The notes under the pieces were generated by a model, which saw only the letters and a list, made by a program, of their open reading frames with translations, was not told where the DNA came from and did not search any database. Below are positions 18,543 to 26,677 of a stretch of 64,000 nucleotides of DNA, in pieces; positions within the stretch are counted from its first letter, which is position 1; every line of letters starts with the position of its first letter. Origin of the DNA: Patescibacteria group bacterium (GTDB lineage: Bacteria; Patescibacteriota; JAUYIX01; JBHPHK01); contig JBHPHK010000001.1 of assembly GCA_042569365.1 (NCBI GenBank), positions 21,082-85,081 of the forward strand. The letters are read 5' to 3'. The position numbers and the translations under genes are program-made.

Positions 18543-18571
18543 TTGCATTTTGCTAGTTATCGTGTTATAGT
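18543..18571 (+). promoter_or_regulatory. Sigma70-type promoter with no ORF directly downstream
   Basis: TTGCAT (18543-18548), 17-nt spacer, TATAGT (18566-18571). Confidence 0.4.
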
Positions 18572-18577
18572 TTGGCT

Positions 18578-18881
18578 GAATTTCAGTAAGAAATTTTTGA
18601 GACTATTATTTTATTGCGCATGCGTGTAAAAATGCATTGAGGTGCGCAAAAATTTGCTTTCTAAACAGTAAAACGTTTAGATGTCCGGCTTTGAAATAGA
18701 ATAAAAAACAAAAAATTCTAGATCAAAACAAAAACACCAAACAAAAAACAAAAAGAAACCAAAGCCACAGGGACAATAGAAAGGCAAAGAATTAAGAGAT
18801 ACTTCAGTGAATTTTTTTGGTGTTTTAAGTTGGATTTTTTCGATTTTCAAGAGTCTTTCTCATGTGGGGAAGGCTGTTTTT
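18578..18881 (+). ncRNA. Candidate non-coding transcript or long rodZ leader of about 300 nt, class unknown
   Basis: It is bounded by the promoter above and by a terminator-like hairpin, AGTCTTTC (18852-18859) paired with GGAAGGCT (18868-18875), plus a T-run. There is no ORF longer than 8 codons. The centre holds an A/C-rich tract (18703-18790). Confidence 0.2.
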
Positions 18882-18937
18882 GCATTTCAAAATCATGAAA
18901 ATCACGGGCTTAATCCTTACATTAACCACAAAAAGCA

Positions 18938-19957
18938 ATGGTAGCCCGTTTTGAAACCAGAGCAGTGGCGGAAAGCCAGACAGTCGGCGAAATGCTTGCG
19001 GCACGCCGAAACCAGTTTGGTTATAGCGTGGAGAAGGCGTCTGAAAAGAGCCAAGTCGCGGAGGAGCATATCCTCGCTCTGGAAAAACAGGACTTCGAGA
19101 GCCTGCCCGCTGACGTTTATGTCCAAAGTTTCGTCAAACGCTATGCCGAAGCTTTAGACTTGGACGGCAAACAAGTGTGCCAGGCCTATCGTAAAGAGCG
19201 CAAGATCCAGGAAAAACTACAGAACAAAAAAGAAAAAGGCGGCGAAAAGAAAACCATCCCAACCATGGAAAACACGCGCATGGTCATCACGCCGAAACTC
19301 CTCAGACGTCTAGTCGTCGGAGGAATTATTTTAATAGCTTTGGGATATGTCATCTTCCAATTAGCGCGCCTCGGACAACCTCCGTCCATGGATATTCTCC
19401 AGCCGACAGAGGACATCACAGTCCAGGATAATGTCGTGCACATCGTCGGAGAGACCGAGGTCAACGCTTCAGTCACGATCAATGGACAGCCGGTGTCAGT
19501 TGACGACCAGGGAATGTTCCAGCAGATGGTCAACCTTGAGCCCGGCATCAACGACATCGTGATCGTCTCGACCAACCGTCTGGGGCGGGAGAACGAGATT
19601 ATCAGGCGCATCAGAGCAGTGATCGACGGCAGCAGCAGTTATCAGCCTCAGCCGGTAACCATCCAGCAGGCGCTGGTAGCGCATCCGCTATCTGTCACAG
19701 TTCTTGTAGAAGATACCTCTACTTGGCTTTCCGTCTTTGTAGACGGCCTGCCTACTTTCCAAGGCACCATCGCCCCCGACACGCGCCAGTCTTTTGCCGG
19801 TTTCCAGCGTATTACCGTTACGACTGGCCAATCCGCCAAAACGCGTGTTATATTTAATGGTGAAGATATCGGCTATCTTGGCCAAGAGGGCGATACACTG
19901 CGTCGGCTTGAGTTTACACAAGATTCTCATCCACGCGACTTACTAACTTTTCGTTAA
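18938..19957 (+). CDS. rodZ: RodZ-like cytoskeleton/shape protein (HTH, TM helix, RodZ_C-like domain)
   Basis: An XRE-type HTH (TVGEMLAARRNQFGYSVEKASEKSQVAEEHILALE) and a single TM helix (LVVGGIILIALGYVIF) are present. The C-terminal beta domain (WLSVFVDG...ITVTTGQSAKTRVIFNGEDIG) resembles DUF4115. Confidence 0.7.
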   Translation: MVARFETRAVAESQTVGEMLAARRNQFGYSVEKASEKSQVAEEHILALEKQDFESLPADVYVQSFVKRYAEALDLDGKQVCQAYRKERKIQEKLQNKKEKGGEKKTIPTMENTRMVITPKLLRRLVVGGIILIALGYVIFQLARLGQPPSMDILQPTEDITVQDNVVHIVGETEVNASVTINGQPVSVDDQGMFQQMVNLEPGINDIVIVSTNRLGRENEIIRRIRAVIDGSSSYQPQPVTIQQALVAHPLSVTVLVEDTSTWLSVFVDGLPTFQGTIAPDTRQSFAGFQRITVTTGQSAKTRVIFNGEDIGYLGQEGDTLRRLEFTQDSHPRDLLTFR

Positions 19958-19969
19958 TTAATTAAAAAT

Positions 19970-21049
19970 ATGGCAAATAATACAAATGTAACTGAACGAG
20001 TCTTTGGCTGGATCGCCGTGGCCTTGATCATTGCAGCAACTGTGGTCACAGTCACTTGGGCTTCCAACAATGGCGAGTTCCAATTCGGGACGCAGGTTGC
20101 AGAAGATGTGACTGTTGATGACACTGACACAACAGTGGATGACACGGATACAGTAGCGACAAAGACTTATTGTGACTCAGAGTTCAAGTTTGGGTTTGAG
20201 TATCCATCAGAATGGACAGTGACTGAAGGCAAGTTTGTAGAGGGAGGCAACCCATCTTACGCTTCTCAAAAACAAAACTGGACCATGTCTGTTGCGTCTA
20301 GTAATGAAGACTATTCCTTTTTAGTTCGTGTCAATCCTTTCGAAATTGGTGGTACTACTCTAGGTTTTACCCAAACCGGAGAGCGAAAGGTTGATGTTGC
20401 AGGAATTGAATTTACTTTTCAAGAATACGTAGCAGATTCAGATAACACAGGGTTTACAGGTACTAGTAGATTTATGGGCACTAATAACGCACATAAAAAT
20501 ACATATTGGATAACGTTCAATTACCCAACAAACAAGGCAGTGGAAGCCGAGCAAATATTCGAAGATATTGTCAAGAGTTGGACCTTTAATTGTTCACCAA
20601 CTCCTGTTGCTGCACTAGACTGTGGATCTGATATTCTCCTTGAGAATGAAAACGCAGAATTTGCAATCTGCATACCGAAAGAGTGGGAAGGCCATTATAG
20701 AAGCGAAGCATTTAGTAATGGAATACGGGGAGAGAAAGGAACAATGTTTTGGTATGTTGCTTCTTTAGATTATGATTCAGAAAATCTTGAGGAGTACAAT
20801 CTGTTTTGTCTGAATTCAATCAATAAGAGCAAACTTGATGAATGGAAAGCATTGGGAGATGATCCTAATATCTATGGTGGACCATTCAGTATGGGAAGAA
20901 GCGAAATCAAAACAGTCGGTGATACTGTATATTATCTAGGATGTAGCGCTTACGATATGCCGTATGAATCAGGATCGGTGGACTATGGTTGGCTTTCGAG
21001 AATGGGTGGAGACCTCAAGGGCATTATTGACACACTGACCGTCATTTAG
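19970..21049 (+). CDS. Membrane-anchored extracytoplasmic protein, paralog family member A
   Basis: The N-terminus (GWIAVALIIAATVVTVTWASNNGEFQFG) is shared with the 22179 gene. An acidic/Thr linker follows. The domain KTYCDSEFKFGFEYPSEW...SWTFNCSP is shared with the C-terminal part of the 23409 gene. Confidence 0.7.
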   Translation: MANNTNVTERVFGWIAVALIIAATVVTVTWASNNGEFQFGTQVAEDVTVDDTDTTVDDTDTVATKTYCDSEFKFGFEYPSEWTVTEGKFVEGGNPSYASQKQNWTMSVASSNEDYSFLVRVNPFEIGGTTLGFTQTGERKVDVAGIEFTFQEYVADSDNTGFTGTSRFMGTNNAHKNTYWITFNYPTNKAVEAEQIFEDIVKSWTFNCSPTPVAALDCGSDILLENENAEFAICIPKEWEGHYRSEAFSNGIRGEKGTMFWYVASLDYDSENLEEYNLFCLNSINKSKLDEWKALGDDPNIYGGPFSMGRSEIKTVGDTVYYLGCSAYDMPYESGSVDYGWLSRMGGDLKGIIDTLTVI

Positions 21050-21060
21050 ATTAGAAAATA

Positions 21061-21096
21061 AAAAACCCCGCCTCTCCAAAAAGCGGGGTTTTTTGT
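21061..21096 (+). terminator. Rho-independent terminator (family copy 1)
   Basis: aaaaaCCCCGCctctccaaaaaGCGGGGtttttt. Its 32-nt core is identical to the copy at 25219. Confidence 0.8.
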
Positions 21097-21106
21097 TTCC
21101 CCCTTT

Positions 21107-21246
21107 GTCATTCCAGAAAATTGCGTATGCAATTTATCTGGAATCCAGGATTGGTCGCAATCAAGTTCATTAAATAGATAGTCTAACATGTAGATGTCTA
21201 TCCTGGATCCCAGATATTCTTACTATAGTTCGAATTCTGGGATGAC
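21107..21246. mobile_element. MITE-like empty element bounded by hairpin terminal inverted repeats
   Basis: The left arm is GTCATTCCAGAAAATTGCGTATGCAATTTATCTGGAATCCAGGA (21107-21150). The right arm is TCCTGGATCCCAGA...GAATTCTGGGATGAC (21201-21246). Each arm is itself a hairpin. The arms belong to the same family as those flanking the GIY-YIG gene at 26.7 kb. Confidence 0.5.
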
Positions 21247-21390
21247 AATTAGTGAAACAGTGGGGTTTTTTGTTATCCACATTGCTTGTTTTTCGGGGGG
21301 GGGCATAAAAGGTTATACTAAAGCCAGATACAAAAGGACGGATACCACCGTCTAATCTACACAAAATAATAAATTAACCCACAATATTTT

Positions 21391-22062
21391 ATGAATGAAG
21401 AAATTAAATCTGGCCCTAAGATTGGCCTGATTGTTGGTGGAATCATAGTAGGACTTGCTATCATTGCTCTAGTTGTTTGGGCTATATGGAATTTCCAGTT
21501 TGCGGATAAAGATACAGCCACCACAGAGTCAACAACCGTAGAAGAAACTACGACTGATGATGCAGTTGCAGAAGATACAACAACGGAAGACCCAACTGCA
21601 GATTGGAAGACTTATCAAAATGACCAACAAGGTTACGAGTTACGCCATCCATCCAACATTTCTGTTATCAGTGCACCGTCGGGCAGTGCTCCTGAAATTG
21701 CAGAAAAGTACACTTTCTTTGGTACGGGAAATACTACGTATTTCTCAGTTTTCCGGGAAGCTCAGAGTGATCCTCTCGCAGACCACGCCTATTTTGTTGA
21801 TATGAACAACATTGTTCGTCGAAGTGTCAATACGACGATCGCTAGTCAGTCAGCATATAAGGTGCAGACCTGTGAGGTTGGGCCTCCAGGTAACGTCTGT
21901 AAGGACGGTAAGACTACCACTGATGCGAATGTGCTTACCAATCCGGACGGCGCAGTCGTTTCTTACGGCGGGTACGCATACGTCCTGCAACGAGATCGAG
22001 GATCTGAGTTATCGTCCGAGGTTTTCAATCAGATTCTCTCCACACTTGTGTTTACGAACTAA
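21391..22062 (+). CDS. Membrane-anchored extracytoplasmic protein, paralog family member B
   Basis: It has a TM anchor (IGLIVGGIIVGLAIIALVVWAIW) and a Thr/Glu/Asp linker. The motif ADWKTYQNDQQGYELRHPSN recurs in neighbouring genes. Confidence 0.7.
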   Translation: MNEEIKSGPKIGLIVGGIIVGLAIIALVVWAIWNFQFADKDTATTESTTVEETTTDDAVAEDTTTEDPTADWKTYQNDQQGYELRHPSNISVISAPSGSAPEIAEKYTFFGTGNTTYFSVFREAQSDPLADHAYFVDMNNIVRRSVNTTIASQSAYKVQTCEVGPPGNVCKDGKTTTDANVLTNPDGAVVSYGGYAYVLQRDRGSELSSEVFNQILSTLVFTN

Positions 22063-22072
22063 GCTTTTAACC

Positions 22073-22107
22073 AAAAACCTCGCCTCTGGAAAAAGCGGGG
22101 TTTTTTG
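22073..22107 (+). terminator. Rho-independent terminator (family copy 2)
   Basis: aaaaCCTCGCctctggaaaaaGCGGGGtttttt. Confidence 0.75.
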
Positions 22108-22178
22108 TTTCCGGCAAATTTAGTTATACTTAAAGCATCCTTAAGTACAAAAGGTTTATTAGTTTAAATACAAAAAAT

Positions 22179-23279
22179 ATGGCACAAAAATTAAGCACAA
22201 ACATGATCCTGGGTTGGATCGCCTCACTATTGATCTTGGCGGCAACTGTCTTTACAGTCATCTGGGCCTTCAACCAGGGCGAGTTCCAATTCGGGGCAAC
22301 TATTGGCAACGGCGATGAGGTTTCGACTACAGACTGGGTCGAATACCGCAACGAAGACTTTGGCTTCGAGCTCATGATCCCGGCAGAAGTAATCGTGCAA
22401 GAGCGCACCGATAATTTTATCTTCAAGGGCGGGGAGAGTGAGTTCCAGATTTACATTGACCAGTCTAATTACGATCTACTTGCAGCCAAAGATGAGGACT
22501 TCACGGTCGAAGATTATCTCTATCTCGATCTTGCAGCGGATGATACGACTAAGCTTGCCGGCGAGAAGGCAACGGTCTATGAATCCGCCGAAGGTTATTG
22601 CGATATGGGATCCTGCGGTTTGCCTTACCTAGCTTACGCTGCGATCAATAACGATGCCTTCTTTACGATCGTTTTCCTAGGCGACATTGAGGTTTCTGCC
22701 TTTGAAGCAGCGGTCTTTGATACGATTGACTTCTTTGACGTCACAAAAGAGGTCGCAGAAGAGCCAGAAGAAGAGGAAGAACCGGCAGTGCCAGCAGCGC
22801 CTGCTTCTCCGACTGCAGACTGGGAGACGTATACTAACACGACCTACGGCCTAACCTTCAAATATCCGAAAGGAGCGTCCGTAGATGAAGGTACGATCAA
22901 TAATCCTTCCGCAACTGGCACAGTTTATGCTTATGGCACAGACTTCGGTTATCCGGTAGCGCAAGAGGACACGCTGCCTTACTTAATCTGGAGCGTTGCC
23001 AATAACGAAGGCGGCCTGACTCTCAATGGCTACTTCGATACATATCGCGCAGCCCTGCACACCGGCGACGCCATCAACAAAAACTACAAGATCGGCGCGG
23101 CGAATATCCCGGCGATCAATGTTGTCTTTGAGAAGAGTCCACAGAGTTTTGGTTTTAGGACAGTCTATTTCTTGGATGACGAAAATCGTTTTCATAAGAT
23201 CGGCTGGCAATTGCGCAGCGAAAACACAGGATCTTATGATACGTTTGACCTGCTGCTAGATACTGTAAAGATTCTCTAG
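22179..23279 (+). CDS. Membrane-anchored extracytoplasmic protein, paralog family member C (two domains)
   Basis: The N-terminus (GWIASLLILAATVFTVIWAFNQGEFQFG) is shared with the 19970 gene. Two W-x-x-Y-x-N motif domains are present (TDWVEYRNEDFGFELMIPAEV; ADWETYTNTTYGLTFKYPKGA). Confidence 0.7.
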   Translation: MAQKLSTNMILGWIASLLILAATVFTVIWAFNQGEFQFGATIGNGDEVSTTDWVEYRNEDFGFELMIPAEVIVQERTDNFIFKGGESEFQIYIDQSNYDLLAAKDEDFTVEDYLYLDLAADDTTKLAGEKATVYESAEGYCDMGSCGLPYLAYAAINNDAFFTIVFLGDIEVSAFEAAVFDTIDFFDVTKEVAEEPEEEEEPAVPAAPASPTADWETYTNTTYGLTFKYPKGASVDEGTINNPSATGTVYAYGTDFGYPVAQEDTLPYLIWSVANNEGGLTLNGYFDTYRAALHTGDAINKNYKIGAANIPAINVVFEKSPQSFGFRTVYFLDDENRFHKIGWQLRSENTGSYDTFDLLLDTVKIL

Positions 23280-23310
23280 TGAATGGTTTAGCTTAAGTTA
23301 TTGATATCTG

Positions 23311-23346
23311 AAAGCCCCGCCTCTTTAAAAAAGCGGGGTTTTCGTT
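23311..23346 (+). terminator. Rho-independent terminator (family copy 3)
   Basis: aaagCCCCGCctctttaaaaaaGCGGGGttttcgtt. Confidence 0.75.
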
Positions 23347-23408
23347 GTGTAAGCAAAAATACTCCAATGCATTATACTGTATTGTAGGGCAAAAATAACT
23401 GAAAATGT

Positions 23409-25202
23409 ATGAATATTGAAGAAGAACGACAATTAATCGAAGAGGCGCAAAATGGCAAGAAATATGCCTTGGGCAAGCTCTTTAAAGAATATTATCCCCG
23501 CGTTTTCGGTTATTTGCGTAAGCGCATAACAACGGACGAGTTAGCGGAAGACCTTTCAGCGCGCACTTTTGAGAAGGTCGTTGAGAATTTGCCTAGATTC
23601 AAAGCCCGTAAAAATACTTCATTTAAATCCTGGGTTTTCCAGATCGCGACCAATGAAATGCGCCAGTATTATCGTAAAGCTTCGACTAAGCGGGAGTTTG
23701 CGAGTGAAAAGCCAGAAAAACACAAAGCAGGGAGGATTGTACCGGACTACACTCAAAAATTAACAGGCGAGCAGTCTGCCAAAGTCCTCCAGCACGCGAT
23801 CCAAAATCTGCCACAAGCTGATCAGGAGATCTTGGTTTTACGTTTCTTTGAAGGTTTTGATACCAAGGAGATTGCAGAGATTTTAAATATTCGCTCAGGT
23901 GCCGTCAGTACGCGCCTGCACCGTGCGCTCAAAAGAGTGCGCAAGGAAATCACAGGCACGGAAGAGCTTTCGCCCGATGATGCCCAAAAAATGGACGAAT
24001 ATATCGAAGCGTATGTGCGTACTAAAGACAAAAAAGAGCGCAAGAAACTCCTAGCACTTATCCCTTTGCCCTTACGCGATGTAGCAGATATAATTGAAAC
24101 ACTAACAAAAGCAGGAGAGACTATCTCAGGAGCTACGCAAACCGTCCCCACCGCTCTTTTAAACTCTCTCACTAATCAATTAACCCTTAATCCATTAAAT
24201 ACAATTAATATGTTTACTAATTTAACTATTGCCTCGAAGACTGCGGCTATAGTTGCATCGCTTGCTATCGTAGCTACGACTGCAACGACTGTGACCAGCG
24301 GTGTTCAGAGAGGTGAATTTACTCCTGCGCCAACAGAGCAGGTGACAGAAGAAGTAACAGACGTGACTGACGGCGGATCCGAAGTTACAGAACCAGGTAC
24401 AACAACAGTTGCTACTAAGTCCTACTGTGATGACAAATTTAAGTTCGGATTTGACTATCCTGCTGAGTGGAATAATCCTAATGTCCGTGATGACTCAGAT
24501 GCTACAAATTATCGTCAAGTTAAATTTACGAAAGATGGAAACGAATCATTAGTTATAGATGTAAACCATCCCGGAAGAGGTGGTATAGGAGGCACATTTC
24601 TTGGCACAGAAGACATCACAATAGCAGGTATCTCAGCAGAATTTTCTAGATACAATGTAGATGGTGGGCGTGTTAATCTTCTCTTCCTTGAAAATGCTCA
24701 CAGGAATCAATATATCATTACACACTCTTATGATTCTCAACTGATGTCTGTTGAGGATGGTCAAGCGGAGTTTACTGCTCTTATAGAGAGTTGGACCTTC
24801 AACTGTTCGCCTGTCGCTGATGCAACCGCAAATTGGAAGACTTATCCTGATAAGGATCTCGGAGTAACTCTTCGTTATCCAGGAAACTGGACCATTGAAG
24901 ATGCTCAAACAAGTACTCCGACAGTACAATTTCTTGATGACGCACGACCTTCATTCCAGCAGGGTGTTCTCAATGTACGGATAGATACACGTTTTGCAGA
25001 TATTGCAGCGGCGCGTGACTTCTATGATTACGAGGATAGTGAAATGACAATAGATGGTATTGTTGCATATGCATTTAGTGAAGATGCAGCAATTCGCACA
25101 ATTTATGTCTTCAAAGACGGAAAAACGTATGAAATTGCGACTAACTATTATGACGAAGAGGATATTAAACTGGCGATAGAGAGCATTGAGTTTCTAGACT
25201 AA
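23409..25202 (+). CDS. ECF-type sigma-70 factor fused through a TM helix to two extracytoplasmic domains of the local paralog family
   Basis: Region 2 (FKSWVFQIATNEMRQYYRK) and region 4 HTH (QEILVLRFFEGFDTKEIAEILNIRSGAVSTRLHRALKRVRKE) are present. A linker and one TM helix (AAIVASLAIVATTATTV) follow. The C-terminal part has KSYCDDKFKFGFDYPAEW...SWTFNCSP and ANWKTYPDKDLGVTLRYPGNW domains. Confidence 0.8.
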   Translation: MNIEEERQLIEEAQNGKKYALGKLFKEYYPRVFGYLRKRITTDELAEDLSARTFEKVVENLPRFKARKNTSFKSWVFQIATNEMRQYYRKASTKREFASEKPEKHKAGRIVPDYTQKLTGEQSAKVLQHAIQNLPQADQEILVLRFFEGFDTKEIAEILNIRSGAVSTRLHRALKRVRKEITGTEELSPDDAQKMDEYIEAYVRTKDKKERKKLLALIPLPLRDVADIIETLTKAGETISGATQTVPTALLNSLTNQLTLNPLNTINMFTNLTIASKTAAIVASLAIVATTATTVTSGVQRGEFTPAPTEQVTEEVTDVTDGGSEVTEPGTTTVATKSYCDDKFKFGFDYPAEWNNPNVRDDSDATNYRQVKFTKDGNESLVIDVNHPGRGGIGGTFLGTEDITIAGISAEFSRYNVDGGRVNLLFLENAHRNQYIITHSYDSQLMSVEDGQAEFTALIESWTFNCSPVADATANWKTYPDKDLGVTLRYPGNWTIEDAQTSTPTVQFLDDARPSFQQGVLNVRIDTRFADIAAARDFYDYEDSEMTIDGIVAYAFSEDAAIRTIYVFKDGKTYEIATNYYDEEDIKLAIESIEFLD

Positions 25203-25218
25203 ATTTCTCCTTTGATTT

Positions 25219-25252
25219 AAAACCCCGCCTCTCCAAAAAGCGGGGTTTTTGT
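25219..25252 (+). terminator. Rho-independent terminator (family copy 4)
   Basis: aaaaCCCCGCctctccaaaaaGCGGGGttttt. Confidence 0.8.
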
Positions 25253-25292
25253 TATCTTAAGGCAAAGATAAGGCTTTTCCACAGCTAGGGGA

Positions 25293-25321
25293 TTGACATT
25301 CGGTTTTTGTTCGGGTACAAT
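25293..25321 (+). promoter_or_regulatory. Sigma70-type promoter of recA
   Basis: TTGACA (25293-25298), 17-nt spacer, TACAAT (25316-25321). Confidence 0.55.
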
Positions 25322-25394
25322 CTAGAGGTAAATTTAATAATAGTTTAATACTATTTTTATATTAATTTTAAGTATCTTGAGTTAGACTATAATC

Positions 25395-26516
25395 ATGACT
25401 ACTAAAACTACTAAATCTACAACTAAAAAAACAACAAAAGCCAAAACAGAAGACAAGAAAACTTCTGAGTTGGGTAAAGCATTAGCCGAAACAGCAGCGG
25501 ATAAGGCCAAAGTTTTTGATAAACGCTTGAAGGCTGCAAAGGAAGCGGTCGATCAGATTCAAGAGCGATTCGGAGAAGGATCGATCATGAAACTTGGAGA
25601 TGCGAAGAAAGTTGATGTTGACGCTATTCCAACCGGCTCTATCTCTCTAGATGTGGCGTTAGGTATTAAAGGTATTCCCAAAGGACGTATTGTTGAGATT
25701 TATGGACCAGAAAGTTCTGGTAAAACTACATTGGCACAGCATATTGTCGCGAATGCTCAGAAAATGGGCGGTACTGCGGCTTTCGTTGACGCAGAACATG
25801 CGCTCGATCCTGAATATGCGCGGAAAATTGGCGTAAACGTTGATGATCTTTTCATATCTCAACCAGATACTGGCGAACAGGCTCTAGAAATTGTCGAGAC
25901 CCTGGTGCGCTCCGGTGGTGTTGATATTGTTGTAGTAGACTCTGTTGCAGCTTTGGTCCCCCGCGCTGAAATAGAAGGCGACATGGGTGATAGCCATATG
26001 GGCTTACAGGCACGCTTAATGTCACAGGCTCTACGTAAACTCACCGGCGCAGTTGCGAAGTCCAACACAACAGTTATTTTTATAAATCAGATCCGCATGA
26101 AGATTGGTGTAATGTTCGGTAATCCCGAAACCACGTCTGGCGGTCGCGCCTTGAAGTTTTATTCTTCGGTGCGCATCGAAGTGCGTCGTCGTGCTTCTCT
26201 CAAGCAGGGCGAAGAAGTAGTTGGTAACCGTGTGATCGCGAAAGTCGTGAAAAATAAAGTTGCGCCTCCCTTCCAGAACGCCGAGTTCGACATTATGTAC
26301 AACGAAGGGATTTCTTATGAAGGCGATTTGATAGATCTAGGTTTAGTGCACGGGATCGTTGAAAAATCTGGGGCTTGGTACAACTTTGGACCAGAGAAGC
26401 TAGGTCAAGGTCGTGAGCAAGCAAGACGCTTCCTGAAAGATGATAAGAAGCTTGCTAAGCGTATCGAGAAAGATATTTGGCAAGCCGTGAATACTAAAGA
26501 GAAGGAAGGTAAATAG
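25395..26516 (+). CDS. recA: Recombinase RecA
   Basis: Walker A (GPESSGKTT), IVVDSVAAL and [12 protein letters not shown] are present. There is an unusual N-terminal extension of about 25-35 aa rich in Thr and Lys. Confidence 0.95.
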   Translation: MTTKTTKSTTKKTTKAKTEDKKTSELGKALAETAADKAKVFDKRLKAAKEAVDQIQERFGEGSIMKLGDAKKVDVDAIPTGSISLDVALGIKGIPKGRIVEIYGPESSGKTTLAQHIVANAQKMGGTAAFVDAEHALDPEYARKIGVNVDDLFISQPDTGEQALEIVETLVRSGGVDIVVVDSVAALVPRAEIEGDMGDSHMGLQARLMSQALRKLTGAVAKSNTTVIFINQIRMKIGVMFGNPETTSGGRALKFYSSVRIEVRRRASLKQGEEVVGNRVIAKVVKNKVAPPFQNAEFDIMYNEGISYEGDLIDLGLVHGIVEKSGAWYNFGPEKLGQGREQARRFLKDDKKLAKRIEKDIWQAVNTKEKEGK

Positions 26517-26617
26517 TGTCGAGACACATTTAAACGCAGTCTCTTAATTCAAGAAAAAATCCGTTCTGCCGACGGATTTTTTCTTTCATGAGTATAGAAT
26601 TTAATTCCTCCTATTTT

Positions 26618-26660
26618 GTCATCCCGGAAAGTTGCGTAAGCAACTTATCTAGAATCCAGA
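26618..26660. repeat. Solo hairpin repeat of the GTCATYCC...ATCCAG family
   Basis: GTCATCCCGGAAAGTTGCGTAAGCAACTTATCTAGAATCCAGA. It has the same architecture and ends as the arm at 21107-21150. Confidence 0.6.
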
Positions 26661-26677
26661 ACAAAACAATAAAACCT

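Noticed and set aside
18522-18937. I checked the 416-bp intergenic region for RNase P RNA, tmRNA, SRP RNA and 6S RNA.
   Set aside because: I saw none of these: the GGAAAGTCCGG-type P4 motif, a tRNA-like 3-prime end with a T-arm, or the SRP GGAA/AGCA domain IV motif. It is kept only as an unclassified ncRNA candidate.
21170-21364. A 64-aa minus-strand ORF in the 21.05-21.39 kb intergenic region.
   Set aside because: It is composed of the repeat arm and the G9 tract (translated as PPR). It has no RBS and is most likely non-coding.
21061-25252. Four near-identical repeats of about 32 nt spaced roughly 1-2 kb apart. I considered whether they form a CRISPR-like or other array.
   Set aside because: Each is a GC stem plus T-run directly after a stop codon, so each is a terminator. 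The spacing equals gene length, and there is no repeat-spacer structure.
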